Shown: positions 1 through 12,993, counted from the first letter of the stretch. The stretch is 47,961 bases of DNA from Octopus bimaculoides (GCF_001194135.2 NC_068991.1:15456770-15504730), one strand, 5' to 3'. Numbers and translations are program-made. The notes: generated by a model from the sequence alone, not told the origin.

Positions 1-229
1 TTCTTTGAGAAGAAGCAGTTGGGATTTCCCCTAACTACCTATATGTATGTTGTGGTATGTAGCCTTTTGCTGCTATTTCTAGCGGGTTAGATGTCCTATT
101 ACAGGCATCTCTGTATTTTAAATGAATAATACATAGTCTATTGACTGTTTTTTACTCTCGCTAGACCACTGGTGGTAAATAAAATTTCTAAAAAAATTTC
201 TAAAATTTTATTGCTACCCTGTATTTTAT

Positions 230-267
<38 letters not shown>

Positions 268-451
268 ATATACATATATATATTAAAATTAATTAAAGGA
301 CATAATAAGTATGTCTACCTGCTTGAAATAACAGTCAAAACTCATTATTAAATCGCCAAAAATACAGTGGTGATAACTACAGAAATCAAACGAAGGTAAA
401 TTTGGTTAAGACAATTAACGATACCTTTGTAAATTAATTATATATATATAT

Positions 452-625
452 AGGCACAGGTGTGGCTGTGTGGTAAGAAGTTTACTTCCCAAGCACATGG
501 TTCCAGCTTCAGTCCCACAGCATGGCACCTTGTGCAAGTGTCACCTATTGTAGCTTCTGTTTGACCAAAGCTTTGTGAATGGATTTGGTAGATAGGAACT
601 AAAAAAAGCCCATTCTGTGTGTATG
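452..625 (+). mobile_element. SINE type A head
   Basis: gtggctgtgtggtaagaag...ggatttggtagataggaac. Confidence 0.75.
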
Positions 626-1004
626 TGTGTGTGCATCACTGAAACAAATACAAGTTAAAATGATAAAAGATTTATATAATATTAAAAAAATATTTTCCCA
701 ATTATGACGCAATATATATCGTTTAATGGCGATCTTTTATTTGAAGATCAGAAAGTTTAAGTGAAACCATATCGTTAATAATCATCAATTACATGAACTG
801 AATGTTACTTGATTTATTTGTATAATGATTAAACTCTGAATGATTTATTACAGAAAGAGACAAGTGATTTATTACAATGAAGCATTATTTATTATGAGAG
901 ATTGGAGCGATTTATAACAATTATGATTCATCTTTATAAGTAAAATGTGAATGACCAAATGATTTATTATGAAGACCAACTCAAGTGTGATTAAGAAGCT
1001 AACT

Positions 1005-1385
1005 ACTAATCAACCATGTGGTTTTGGGTTCAGTCCCACCACATGGCACCTTGGTCAAATGTATTTTAATTGAGCCCTAGGCCAGTTAAAACTTTGTGAG
1101 TGGATTTGGTTGACAGAAACTGAAAGAAGCCTTTTGTGTGTGTGTGTATGTGTGTCTTGTCTTGAAATTGTGATGATTGTCAATAAGCATCACCATCATG
1201 CTAGCGATGTCATTTATTTTCAGATTTCCATGGAATCCTTTTTGGCCCATTGGGAAATATTATCTTACTTGGAAACATGTGAGGGTTAGCAACAAGAAAG
1301 GCATCTGGTTGAGCAAAACCTGCCTCAACAAATTCTGTCCAACCTATGCAAATGTGAGAAAGTGGACATTATAATGATAATGATG
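1005..1385 (+). mobile_element. SINE type G: type A head joined to an RTE-like (GAT)n tail; also ~22715-23165, 14560-14770, 36190-36455
   Basis: A head, microsatellite, then ...AAGGCATCTGG...AACCTATGCAAATGTGAGAAAGTGGACATTATAATGATAATGATG. Confidence 0.65.
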
Positions 1386-2224
1386 ACTAAAATATGAAAT
1401 CAAAACTGATTGTTATAAAAAATCGAAAATCCATTATATGCAACTGAGACAGTTTTTAATTAAACCAACCATTTATACATCATATTTAATGTATGCACAC
1501 TGTCTCTAGGCCAGTTACTGCAGTATTTTTCCTGAAATAACATCTCTTGTGGACTTGTTTTTTAAAAACACCATAAATATCAGAGAGGGATCAAAATCTG
1601 GTCCAGCAGCAGCCAGTGCAAGCGCCAGATGCATTTCAGCATTCTTAGGCTTTTTCAGTGGCACATACTGTTAGCAGTCACATGCTTGGACAAGAATTTG
1701 TTGCCTCTGGTATGCCACTCCATCAGTTATAACAACAAGAGTTTCCAGTCGATCAGATCAATGGAACAGCCTGCTCGTGAATTTAATATGCAAGTGATAG
1801 ATAAGAATAAAATTAAGAATCCAATATATTTCTGGGAGATTTATCAAGGTACCGAATGTGACAAGGCTGGCCCTTTGAATTACAGGTCCAATTCATTTTG
1901 GCCAGCTGAGTAGAGTGGTACAATATTTTCTGTAACTCTGGTCCACATACATACTGTTGTTTGTATATATTGATGCATTGTTGGGATCAGCAAAGAGCAG
2001 ACTGTGATTTGCCATTAAATGGTTTTGGCAGTTGCTGGTGAGCATTGCAGCAATAAGTGATTATGCAGCTCCCTGGCAGCATTTGCTCATTCTTGTTCAC
2101 TGATGACCATTGACATATATTGATGATGAGCTTTACTTTCACTTTCTGATCTTCAAGCAAAATATCACCTGCTTAATATTATGTTAAAATCATTAAATAA
2201 AACATAAGGAAATAGAAATATTCA

Positions 2225-2530
2225 TGACTGTGGTTAGGACAGCAGACTTGCGGTCGTAGGATCGCGGTCTCGATACCCAGACCGGGCGTTGTGAGTGTTT
2301 ATTGAGCGAAAACACCTAAAGCTCCACGAGGCTCCGGCAGGAAATGGTGGCGAACCCTGCTGTACTCTTTCACCACAACTTTCTCTCACGCTTTCTTCCT
2401 GTTTCTGTTGTACCCGTAATTCAAAGGGCCAGCCTTGTCACACTCTGTGTTACGCTGAATCTCCCCCAAGAACTACACTAAGGGTGCACGTGTCTGTGGA
2501 GTACTCAGCCACTTGCACGTTATTGCAAGT
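2225..2530 (+). mobile_element. SINE type D, 3'-truncated
   Basis: gtggttaggacagcagacttgcggtcgtaggatcgcggtctcgatacccagaccgggcg... Confidence 0.85.
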
Positions 2531-3319
2531 GCTAGCCACATGTTCAAGTTTTACCTCAGTCATTCATTATGCTTTCTTGTAACCAGTGACTAGACGTCCC
2601 CTCCCTCTCTCTCTCTCTGTCTCTTTCTCTTTCTCTTTCTTTTGCACAAACTCAAAACACTAATTTTTTTCAAAGGTATTTCCTATAAGAAACCCTCTAA
2701 CTCCCCTTGTTCCACTTTGCTTGTCTGATAAAAAGTTAATTAACATGGTCGAGTGGATTTGCAGTTAGGGAAGGCTCTCAGCTGCAATAAATATAAATAA
2801 ATAAATAAATAAATGCCACTTAAAAATTGTTCCACCAAAGGAAACCCTTGTAGCCATTCAGGCGTGGAAATATTGGAATGTAGAACAATTATAACCGATA
2901 AAATAAATAAACTTAATTAAAAATAAAAATATATTAAGTCTTAAACCAAATTGATTATTTAGCTTTTGAATATAATTAATTATATTATACTCACTGATTA
3001 TCAGTTACACATCAATAGTTATATTTTTTAATTTGTTCATTAGCTGCTGATTAATTTAAGTACATGCAAGGGAGGAAGGAGAGAACTTCTACATGGTTTT
3101 CTCAGCTTGCTAGAAGCAGCAGTCAAATTTCCATCATGTCACACAAAGGAATGGGGACACATTAGATAATGTAGTCCCAGATATGCATGTAGACAATAAA
3201 AGATTTTTTTTTGTTGTTGTTTAGCCCTAGGTCAGCCTCAGTCAAGCATGCCTGTGATTAACCTGTTTGTTGCCATATTTCTACTGATGCAACATGATTT
3301 TATTTCAGTTAATTTTGAG

Positions 3320-3621
3320 ATGGGTAAAGAGTAAAGATCCCCGTTTCGGTCATGAATGACAATGGGATTGCACCTAGAAAGTTCCCCTCCAAGGCACAAG
3401 TCTGGGCAGAGTTGTTTATGGAAGACCAGCAAACACCTATGCATACCAGCCTCCCCCTCTCCATGCCACTGCTGTTATCCAAGGAAAAAGAAAAGGTTGG
3501 TACAGCTTGGAACCAGTGACTTCGCAACTCATTTCTACAGCTGAGTGAACTGAAGCAACATGAAATAGAGTATCTTGCTCAAAAATACAATACACAGCCC
3601 AGTGTGTCTGTCTGTCTGTAT

Positions 3622-3668
<47 letters not shown>

Positions 3669-4040
3669 NNNNNNNNNNATCGTCCAACCCATGCTAGCAT
3701 GGAAAGCGGACATTAAACGATATATATAATTCATTCATATAAAAGGGTAAAGACCCCTTTCGGTTTGGTCATGAATGACCATGGGATTGCACCTAGAAAG
3801 TTCCCCTCCGAGACATAAGTCTGGGCAAGGTTGTTTATGGAAGACCAGCAGTTGCCCAAGCATACAAACCTCTCCTCTTCACACCACCGACGTTATCCAA
3901 GGGAAAGGCAAAGGGGCTGATACAGCTTGGCACCAGTGATGTTGCAACTCATTTCTACAGCTGAGTGAACTAGAGCAATGTGAAATGAAGTGTCTTGCTC
4001 AAGAACACAACACACAGCTCAGTTTGGGAGTTAAACTCAT
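3320..4040 (-). mobile_element. Two tandem SINE type F copies (~3320-3605 and ~3744-4040)
   Basis: Both read GGGTAAAGA..CCC.TTTCGGTCATGAATGAC...CAGCTGAGTGAACT.GAGCAA..TGAAAT on +; share the E core. Confidence 0.75.
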
Positions 4041-4149
4041 AACAACTTTGTCGTTATATCACTAGTGTCAGGAATATGAATTAACATGGAAACTGCATAG
4101 CCTTGGATTCAGTTCCACCACATAGCACATTGGACAAGTGTTTTCAAGT

Positions 4150-4640
4150 GTAGTTGTGTGGTAAGAAGATGGTGGCGAGCTGGCAGAAACGTTAGCACGC
4201 CAGGCGAAATGCTTAGCGGTATTTCGTCTGCCATTATGTTCTGAGTTCAAATTCCGCCGAGGTCGACTTTGCCTTTCATCCTTTCGAGGTCGATAAATTA
4301 AGTACCAGTTACGCACTGGGGTCGATGTAATCAACTTAATCCCATTGTCTGTCCTTGTTTGTCCCCTCTATGTTTAGCTCCTTGTGGGCAATAAAGAAAT
4401 AAGAAGTTTGCTTCCCAACCATATGATTTTCAGTTCAGTCCCACTGCATGGCACCTTGGGCCGGGTGTCTTCTTGGGTTGATCAAAGCCTTTTGAATGGA
4501 TTTGGTCGACAGAAACAGAAAAAAACCTATTGTGTGTGTGTATGTGTATTTGTCCGCTACTAATGCTTGATAACTGATGTTGGTGTGTTTACATCCCTGT
4601 AACTTAGTAGTTTCACAAAAGAAACGTATGTACGTGTGTG
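4150..4640 (+). mobile_element. SINE type A interrupted by a type B insertion
   Basis: Head GTTGTGTGGTAAGAAG, then SINE B, then TTTGCTTCCCAACC continuation. Confidence 0.75.
4169..4406 (+). mobile_element. SINE type B, full length
   Basis: GGTGGCGAGCTGGCAGAAACGTTAGC...GAGTTCAAATTCC...GGGCAATAAAGAAATAAGAAG; flanked by TAAGAAG at 4162-4168 and 4400-4406. Confidence 0.88.
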
Positions 4641-4891
4641 TGTGTGTGTGTTTCTTTGTCTAGACATCATGTGATGGTGGTGGATTATCTGTGGCCTGAA
4701 TCCCATCGTGTAACCATCCATCATTTGTTTCGAAGTTAAGTCATATATCCTTTTTGACTGGACAGTTGTCACACGAGTCTGGAAATAAATTACACCACTT
4801 GTAGACGGTTGTGGTCATTTGCAACCATCATATAATCTCAAGGTGACAAGGTGTACACACAAAAACACACCCACATGCATCCGCATCATTC

Positions 4892-4922
<31 letters not shown>

Positions 4923-4990
4923 TATTTGAATGTCTACTTTTCCATCCCTGAAAGTATCAGTAATACATTTCATGTGTGTGTGTGTATGTC

Positions 4991-5029
<39 letters not shown>

Positions 5030-5931
5030 CGCCTAGTTTAGAATAGAGGCAGCTGATGAAGAATTAATCCAAGTGGCTATTTGTTTTCCTATGTGTTCGT
5101 TCCGTTGTCTGTAGTTCATTTTTCTAACATCCTGTACCCGAATATGCATCTATATACACATGTAGATGTAAGTATATACATATATGTGTGTATACATGCT
5201 TATATATCCTTCGTACTATTATATATATATATATATACATATACATGTGTATATATATATATATATATATCGATATATACATGTATGTATGTATGTGTGT
5301 ATATCTATATATATATATATATCTNNNNNNNNNNNNNNNNNNNNNNNNNNNNNNNNNNNNNNNNNNNNNNNNNNNNNNNNNNNNNNNNNNNNNNNNNNNN
5401 NNNNNNNNNNNNNNNNNNNNNNNNNNNNNNNNNNNNNNNNNNNNNNNNNNNNNNNNNNNNNNNNNNNNNNNNNNNNNNNNNNNNNNNNNNNNNNNNNNNN
5501 NNNNNNNNNNNNNNNNNNNNNNNNNNNNNNNNNNNNNNNNNNNNNNNNNNNNNNNNNNNNNNNNNNNNNNNNNNNNNNNNNNNNNNNNNNNNNNNNNNNN
5601 NNNNNNNNNNNNNNNNNNNNNNNNNNNNNNNNNNNNNNNNNNNNNNNNNNNNNNNNNNNNNNNNNNNNNNNNNNNNNNNNNNNNNNNNNNNNNNNNNNNN
5701 NNNNNNNNNNNNNNNNNNNNNNNNNNNNNNNNNNNNNNNNNNNNNNNNNNNNNNNNNNNNNNNNNNNNNNNNNNNNNNNNNNNNNNNTTCTTTTAAGAGT
5801 ACACATAAACAAAAAGAACAAAAAACAGAAACAAGTAAAAGAAAGTAAAGAATTTGCTGAGTGTTTCATATTTCAGTGATGCATTCTGAGGCTGGAAATG
5901 AAACACAGGGTGTATTTTTTTGTTTTTTTAA

Positions 5932-6149
5932 CCCTTTAGTGTTTAAACCGGCTGTATCCGGCCCAAATATTCTACTCATTTTATGCTGAAACTGGCCAGA
6001 ACCAGCATCTCACACCTACCCTGCAATGTCATTCTAAAAATAAACAATTACATCTTTCAAATCTTGAAGTTACATGATAATACTAGATTAATTTTTTAAA
6101 ATGTAAATGAATAAGGATTACTTTTGACATTAATTTGAACACTAAAGGG
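5932..6149. mobile_element. piggyBac-type MITE (218 bp)
   Basis: TTAA at 5928-5931 and 6150-6153 flanking 12-bp TIRs CCCTTTAGTGTT...AACACTAAAGGG. Confidence 0.8.
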
Positions 6150-6164
6150 TTAAGGTGATGATGC

Positions 6165-6445
6165 TTATTGTCATCATCATCATCATCATGGCACACTGGA
6201 AGACTGTGACAGGCTCCAGTCTGATTCAGCATGGTTTCCTACGGCTGGATGCCCTTCCTAACGCCAACCATTCCAAAGGTGTAATGGGTGCTTTTACATG
6301 CCACCGGCACGGGTGCCATTTGTGTGACACCGGTATGTGCCACGACTGCAATTTTGCTCGGTTTGATGGGTCTTCTTCTCAAGCATGACATAATGCCAAA
6401 GGTCTCGGTCATTGCCTCCGTGAGGCCCAATGCTCAAAAGGAACT
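6165..6445 (-). mobile_element. RTE 3' end / tail fragment
   Basis: Includes the GLTEAMT RT end and the shared tail GGAAGGGCATCCAGCCGTAG. Confidence 0.75.
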
Positions 6446-6454
6446 GGTTTTCAT

Positions 6455-6573
6455 AACCATCATCATCATTGGCATCATAATTGTCATCATCATTATGGTT
6501 GTTGTCATCACTGACATCATCATCATCATAATCATCATCACTTTCATCATCGTAATCATTATCATTATCACAG

Positions 6574-6606
<33 letters not shown>

Positions 6607-7155
6607 CCATCATTGTCATCATCATCATTCTCATCATTAAAGTGGTGAACTGGCAGAATCGTTAGCACACCGGGCGAAATGCTTAGCGGTATTTCACTCA
6701 TCACTATGTTCTGAGTTCAAATTCTGCCGAGGTCAACTTTGCCTTTTATCCTTTTGGAGTCGATAAATTAAGTACCAGTGAAACCCTGGGGTCATTGTAA
6801 TCAATTAGTACCTCTCCCCACAAGCCTTGTGCCTTTAGCAGAAAGGATTATCATTATCATAATTATTGTCATCACCATTCTCATCATCATCATCATCATC
6901 ATCATCATTTTCATCATCATCAGTAACATCATCATTGTTGTTGACATCATCATTGTCGGTGTCCTTCTTGTCATCGTTACCGTCATCATAACAGTCAGCA
7001 TTATAATTATTGTCATCATACTTATCGTTATCATTGCCTTCACCATCACAATCAGTGATGTCATTATCTTTGTCACGATTAACGTCATCATCAATAGTTT
7101 AATTCTTATCATCATCATCATCGTCATCATCATCATCGTCATCATCATCATAATC
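6455..7155. repeat. Degenerate (ATC)n tracts flanking a SINE B; similar tracts at 33870-34110 and 45290-45870
   Basis: Direct reading; source of spurious poly-I, poly-D and poly-M ORFs. Confidence 0.9.
6643..6850 (+). mobile_element. SINE type B within (ATC)n
   Basis: GTGGTGAACTGGCAGAATCGTTAGC...GTCGATAAATTAAGTACCAG. Confidence 0.8.
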
Positions 7156-7257
7156 ACCAGTTTGATAGTGTAGTTGACATTTCTTCTTCCCCTTTCACTA
7201 TCTTTCTCTTTCTTTTCTCTCCATATATATAGTTATATCTCTCTATTTATTTATCTA

Positions 7258-7299
<42 letters not shown>

Positions 7300-7648
7300 A
7301 TTTTATTAATGCTGAAAAATCTTCACAAATCTTGACTTGGAGTTTCATGTGACCGGTCATCTGATACTTGTGACATTATACTGAGTTGCTTTGCTTCTCT
7401 GTGTGTGTGTGTGTGCGTGTGTATACATATATACACATCTATACATATATACACATATATACATATATACACATATATACATATATATATATATATTTAT
7501 TTAAATACGGCAATAAGAAAATGGAGGGGATCAAGAGGTGGTATTCATCAACTTTTAGACATTATATTATGTCTATTTATTTATTTGAAAAAAAAAACAA
7601 TTATAACAATATACATACATGTATAACAGATTATGCGTTACATATATA

Positions 7649-7718
7649 AAAATACCAGTAATTATTAAAATATATAACATAGAACATAGTTATATATATT
7701 AATAATTACTGGTATTTT
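7649..7718. repeat. Hairpin, 30-bp arms (1 mismatch), 10-nt loop
   Basis: aaaataccagtaattattaaaatatataac / gttatatatattaataattactggtatttt. Confidence 0.85.
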
Positions 7719-7779
7719 GGGGGGAATTAATTTCCTTAAAATAATAGGTGTATATATAAAAATATATAGTTTATATTCA

Positions 7780-8106
7780 TATAAAAGAAGAAAAGGAAAA
7801 TGGAGATTGTGAAGTTGATAATCGTATATTATTAAGAGCAAATTAATCATCATCCCTTACAGCTGTTTCAGTTAATACTCAGTAAACATTAAATTTATGT
7901 GACCTGAGCATAATATCTTTGGATGGAAAAAATATACCATTGGATGTTTTATGTGTTGAAGACATTATGCTCAGTTAATATAAATTTAATATTTACTTAA
8001 TATTTACTGAGTATTAATTGAAACAGCTGTAAGGGATAATGATTAATTTGCTGTTAATAATAAACAATTATTAACTTCACCATCTACATTTTTCTTTTTC
8101 TTCTTT

Positions 8107-8110
<4 letters not shown>
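7780..8110. repeat. Long fold-back, ~140-bp arms, ~39-bp loop (MITE/foldback-like)
   Basis: 7780-7919 is complementary to 7959-8110 with scattered mismatches and one ~10-nt indel. Confidence 0.85.
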
Positions 8111-8154
<44 letters not shown>

Positions 8155-8197
8155 TACACACACACACACATATGTGCATGTATGCATATATCACCAT

Positions 8198-8633
<436 letters not shown>

Positions 8634-8773
8634 CCTCTGTTTAGACGAACTTTCCTACCTTTTCGTACAAAACCTTTTGTAACCTTCGTCCTATCTTTGT
8701 CCTTAGATGTTTTTAATTGATATTAGCCCTTGTGGCCAATAAAACGAATTAATTATTATCATTATTATTATTA

Positions 8774-9000
8774 AGGTGGCAAGCTGGCAGAGTTGGTTAG
8801 CACACTGGGCAAAATGCTTAGCAACATTTTGTTCCATCTGCATGATCTGAGATCAAATTCCACCGAGGTCGACCCTGCCTTTCATCCTTTCAGGGTCGAT
8901 AAAATAAGTACCTGTTGAACACTGGGGTGGATTGTAATCAACTAGACAACCTTTCCCCACCAAAAATTTCAGGCCTTGTGCTTATAGTCGAAAGAATTAT
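8774..9000 (+). mobile_element. SINE type B variant
   Basis: GGTGGCAAGCTGGCAG...GTCGATAAAATAAGTACC...CTTGTGCTTATAGTCGAAAG. Confidence 0.8.
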
Positions 9001-9309
9001 TATCATTATTGTATTTATGTATGTATGTATATGTATGCATGTACTTTTATATGTATATATGTGTAAACTGTGTACAGGCAGGGGCCTAAATCTTGATAGG
9101 GTGATAAGGACATTGTTGTTGTTTTTGCTGTTGTTTTCATTATATGTATGTATGTATGTAAATGTGTATATGTATATATAATTCATTATATAAATAGATA
9201 ATTTTTCAGAAATAAAATGAAAACGAAGGAAAAACCTTTACTATTGTTATCTAATCGTTATGACTAAATTATAACTAATACCACCCCTGCTACTACTACT
9301 ACTACTACT

Positions 9310-9313
9310 ACTC

Positions 9314-9352
<39 letters not shown>

Positions 9353-9388
9353 GTAATAATAATAAGAATAATAAAAATAATAATGATA

Positions 9389-9419
<31 letters not shown>

Positions 9420-9523
9420 TGATAATAGTAATAATAATAATAAAAATAATAATGATAATAGTAATAATAATAATAATAATAATAATGATAATAGTAATAA
9501 TAATAATAATAATAATAAAGATA

Positions 9524-9560
<37 letters not shown>

Positions 9561-9604
9561 TAATAGTAATAATAATAATAATAATAATAAAAATAATAAT
9601 GCTA

Positions 9605-9647
<43 letters not shown>

Positions 9648-9659
9648 TAATAGTAATAC

Positions 9660-9692
<33 letters not shown>

Positions 9693-9694
9693 TA

Positions 9695-9732
<38 letters not shown>

Positions 9733-9750
9733 GATAATAGTAATAATAAT
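9310..9750. repeat. Long compound (AAT)n array with higher-order GATAATAGT punctuation
   Basis: Direct reading. Confidence 0.95.
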
Positions 9751-10624
9751 CCCCTTATTATTACCGTTACTTTTACTTTTACTACCTGATGTGTCTTATT
9801 GTTGTAGTTATAGTTGTGGTGCTAATGAACTGGTAGACTACAATAGTTGCCACTATGGTATATTCTACTACTCAGTTACATTAGTATATCCAGTCTGACA
9901 GTTATTGATTTTTCTTCTTTTTTTTTTTATCGTGTGTGTGTGTGTGTATGTTTTGTTGTCTTTTTCTTCTTTTCTGTCTTCTTCTTTTGCAGTAATTAGA
10001 ACCGATTCTGTCTTCATATGAGGACACAGATTATTATAGACATGTCTTGTCTCACAGAGGAAGACCATTTGCCTTGAGCAGGGCAAACTAGATTGAAGCT
10101 ATATTCCTACGCACTTCATGCCTACCACCACCTACCCACCGACTGCATACACACACACACGCACATTCTTCCTTCTAACTTTCAATTTTTAATTAGTTTG
10201 CACTTTAAGACATCTTCGTTAATATTGGTTTGTCATTGGTCTTCAGATTTCAGGATTTCACAGAATTGTAGGTATATCTGGGAACTGGAAATGTTACATG
10301 CGGTAGATTGGCGTCCTTAACGAGGCAAAAATGGCCTGAATAATGACCTATAAGAATCATGATCACCATCATCGTTTAACATCTGTTTTCCATGCTGGTA
10401 ATCGGATGGACAATTTGACTGAAGTTGATGAGTCAGATGACTGACTTAAAGTCCAATGCTTTAGCATAGTTTCCACAGCTGGATGTCTTTTCTAATACCA
10501 AACACTACACAGAGTATGCTGGATGCTTTTTCCATGGCACCAACACTAGAGAGGTTACCAAGTAATTTGCAAAACAGTATCCTCTCAACTGAGCGAGGGT
10601 GTATTATTGAGGGAGGTGATTTTG

Positions 10625-10910
10625 TGCTTGGCGTTCAGCGACTTATTCTTTGTAAGCCTAGTACTTATTCTATTGGTCTATTTTGCTGAACCGCTAAGTT
10701 ATGGGGATGTAAACACATCAGCATCGGTTGTCAAGCGATGTTGGGGGGACAAACACAGGCACACAAACACACACGAACACACACACATACACGCGCGCGC
10801 GCACACACACACACACACGCACGCACGCACACACACACACACACACACATACATACATATATACAATGGGCTTTTTTTCAGTTTCCGTCTACTAAATCCA
10901 CTCACAAGGC
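10625..10910 (-). mobile_element. SINE type A body with expanded CA microsatellite
   Basis: gacttattctttgtaagcctagtac...ggggggacaaacacag, then (CA)n and a partial head. Confidence 0.75.
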
Positions 10911-11637
10911 ATGGAAAGCGGACGTTAAACAATGACAATGATGATGATGATGTTGATGATATATCCAATACATATATACAATGCAGACATATATACATAC
11001 ATACTAGACTTATACATACATACATACATACATACATACATTACGTATGTATATACAATACATACATACAATACATATATACCTACGTACATACATATAT
11101 ACATGCATACATACACACACACACACATACACGCACTCACATACATTGTGACATACAGACAGACAGAGAGGGCAGGAGATGGAGGGAGATAGACATGTCA
11201 CAACAATAAGCTGAAATAAGTGCTATGTTTGTATTATTCCATGACATAAATGGACAATTAACCCCCCACCCCCCCATTCCATTTCTCCTATTATTCCAAT
11301 AATGGATGTTCTGCCTTGCTTCCAATAANNNNNNNNNNNNNNNNNNNNNNNNNNNNNNNNNNNNNNNNNNNNNNNNNNNNNNNNNNNNNNNNNNNNNNNN
11401 NNNNNNNNNNNNNNNNNNNNNNNNNNNNNNNNNNNNNNNNNNNNNNNNNNNNNNNNNNNNNNNNNNNNNNNNNNNNNNNNNNNNNNNNNNNNNNNNNNNN
11501 NNNNNNNNNNNNNNNNNNNNNNNNNNNNNNNNNNNNNNNNNNNNNNNNNNNNNNNNNNNNNNNNNNNNNNNNNNNNNNNNNNNNNNNNNNNNNNNNNNNN
11601 NNNNNNNNNNNNNNNNNNNNNNNNNNNNNNNNNNNNN

Positions 11638-11910
11638 GAGTGGATTTGGTAGACAGAAACTGAAAGAAGCCCGTCATATATATATATATATATGTATGTA
11701 TTTGTGTGTCTGTGTTTGTCCCCCCAACATCGCTTGACAACTGATGCTAGTGTGTTTACGTCCCCGTAACTTAGCAGTTTGGCAAAAGATGCCGATAGAA
11801 TAAGTACTAGGCTTCCAAAGAATAAGTCCTGGGGTCGATTTGCTCGACTAAAGGCGGTGCTCCAGCATGGCCACAGTCAAAAGACTGAAACAAGTCAAAG
11901 AGTAAAAGAG
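11638..11910 (+). mobile_element. SINE type A (head lost in gap)
   Basis: GAGTGGATTTGGTAGACAGAAAC...CAAGTCAAAGAGTA. Confidence 0.85.
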
Positions 11911-12566
11911 TATGTGAGGGAGTTCTGGAAAGTTCCTGGCTCTAAGGGTATTGCGAAAGGTCTGATTGGAAGCCCAACCTCTCTATCTATCTATCTATCT
12001 ATCTATCTTATTCTTTCACTGACTAAATACAGAGAATACATTCTTCTCTCCACCCTCACCTCACATACTCACTCACTATCTACAAACTTTGCATCTCTCT
12101 GATTGGTACTTCTCTCTCTCTCTCTCTCTCTCTCTTTTATCTCCTACTCTCAGTCTCTCACATACTGCCATGCTCTCTCCTCCCCCTCTCTCTCTCTCTC
12201 TCTTTCTCTCATTCTCACACCCAGATGTACTAAATAACACCATTTCTTTTCTCTTCCAACCAGACTTCTAAAGAAAATCTCCAAGACATTGATTAACTTG
12301 GTGTAATAATTGTGCAGGTGCAGCAATACAGCAAAGCTGCGATACTGCATCATAGCAATACTGCGATACAGAACAAGCCATTATCATGGGCATTCATCTT
12401 ATTCTTTAGGCTTTTAATTATTCTGTATTTCATAAAACCACACTCACTCTCACACATATCCACACACAAAGGTAGCATACACACACACACACTAGCAACA
12501 CATACACTCATTCTGCACCAGTATTGACTATACAATATCTATAATAACTAACTATATAGACATATA

Positions 12567-12612
<46 letters not shown>

Positions 12613-12706
12613 ACAGGAATGGCAACAAAAGAAAGAAAGAGACCTCAATATTATGCAAATAGAGGAATTTATCTGTAAAAATATGTGACACTTATTCAGT
12701 AGCCAT

Positions 12707-12768
12707 GATAAAACTCTGAGTTTCGGATGGCAGGGTGGGGGATCCAGCCCAACATCTCTTCAGTTATC
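12707..12768 (-). ncRNA. Second copy of the candidate hammerhead ribozyme, inverted
   Basis: Reverse complement reads GAUAA CUGAAGA GAUGUUGGGCUGGAUCCCCCACCCUGCCAUCC GAAA CUCAGAG UU UUAUC; same 62-nt architecture as the + copy. Confidence 0.55.
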
Positions 12769-12931
12769 CAGCCATTGAAAATTCCTTTGAAAAANNNNNN
12801 NNNNNNNNNNNNNNNNNNNNNNNNNNNNNNNNNNNNNNNNNNNNNNNNNNNNNNNNNNNNNNNNNNNNNNNNNNNNNNNNNNNNNNNNNNNNNNNNNNNN
12901 NNNNNNNNNNNNNNNNNNNNTTCAATGGCTG

Positions 12932-12993
12932 GATAACTGAAGAGATGTTGGGCTGGACCCCCCACCCTGCCATCCGAAACTCGGAGTTTTATC
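12932..12993 (+). ncRNA. Candidate minimal type I hammerhead ribozyme (Penelope-like element type)
   Basis: GAUAA (stem I, 12932-36), CUGAAGA (12937-43), GAUG...CAUCC (stem II, one bulge), GAAA (12976-79), CUC-G-GAG (near-palindromic stem III), UU (predicted site after 12988), UUAUC (stem I', 12989-93). Confidence 0.55.

Noticed and set aside
1520-1650. Minus-strand peptide AEMHLALALAAAGPDFDPSL, vaguely like a hAT transposase C-terminus
   Set aside because: Too short, and no other transposase motifs or TIRs nearby.
5025-5085. GAAAC...CUGAUGA hammerhead-like words
   Set aside because: Order would need type II topology, but stem I and stem II pairing cannot be formed.
5081-5879. ORFs over 200 aa spanning N-runs (also 11291-11740, 32546-33481, 37030-37586, 46600-47575)
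   Set aside because: Open only because N codons contain no stops.
6288-7173. Long poly-Ile, poly-Asp and poly-Met ORFs (also 9383-9898, 33758-34171)
   Set aside because: Translations of (ATC)n and (AAT)n microsatellites; no splice signals or complex sequence.
9960-10110. Strong polypyrimidine acceptor at 9991-9992
   Set aside because: All three frames hit a stop within 10 codons and no clear donor follows; could be a UTR exon but is unsupported.
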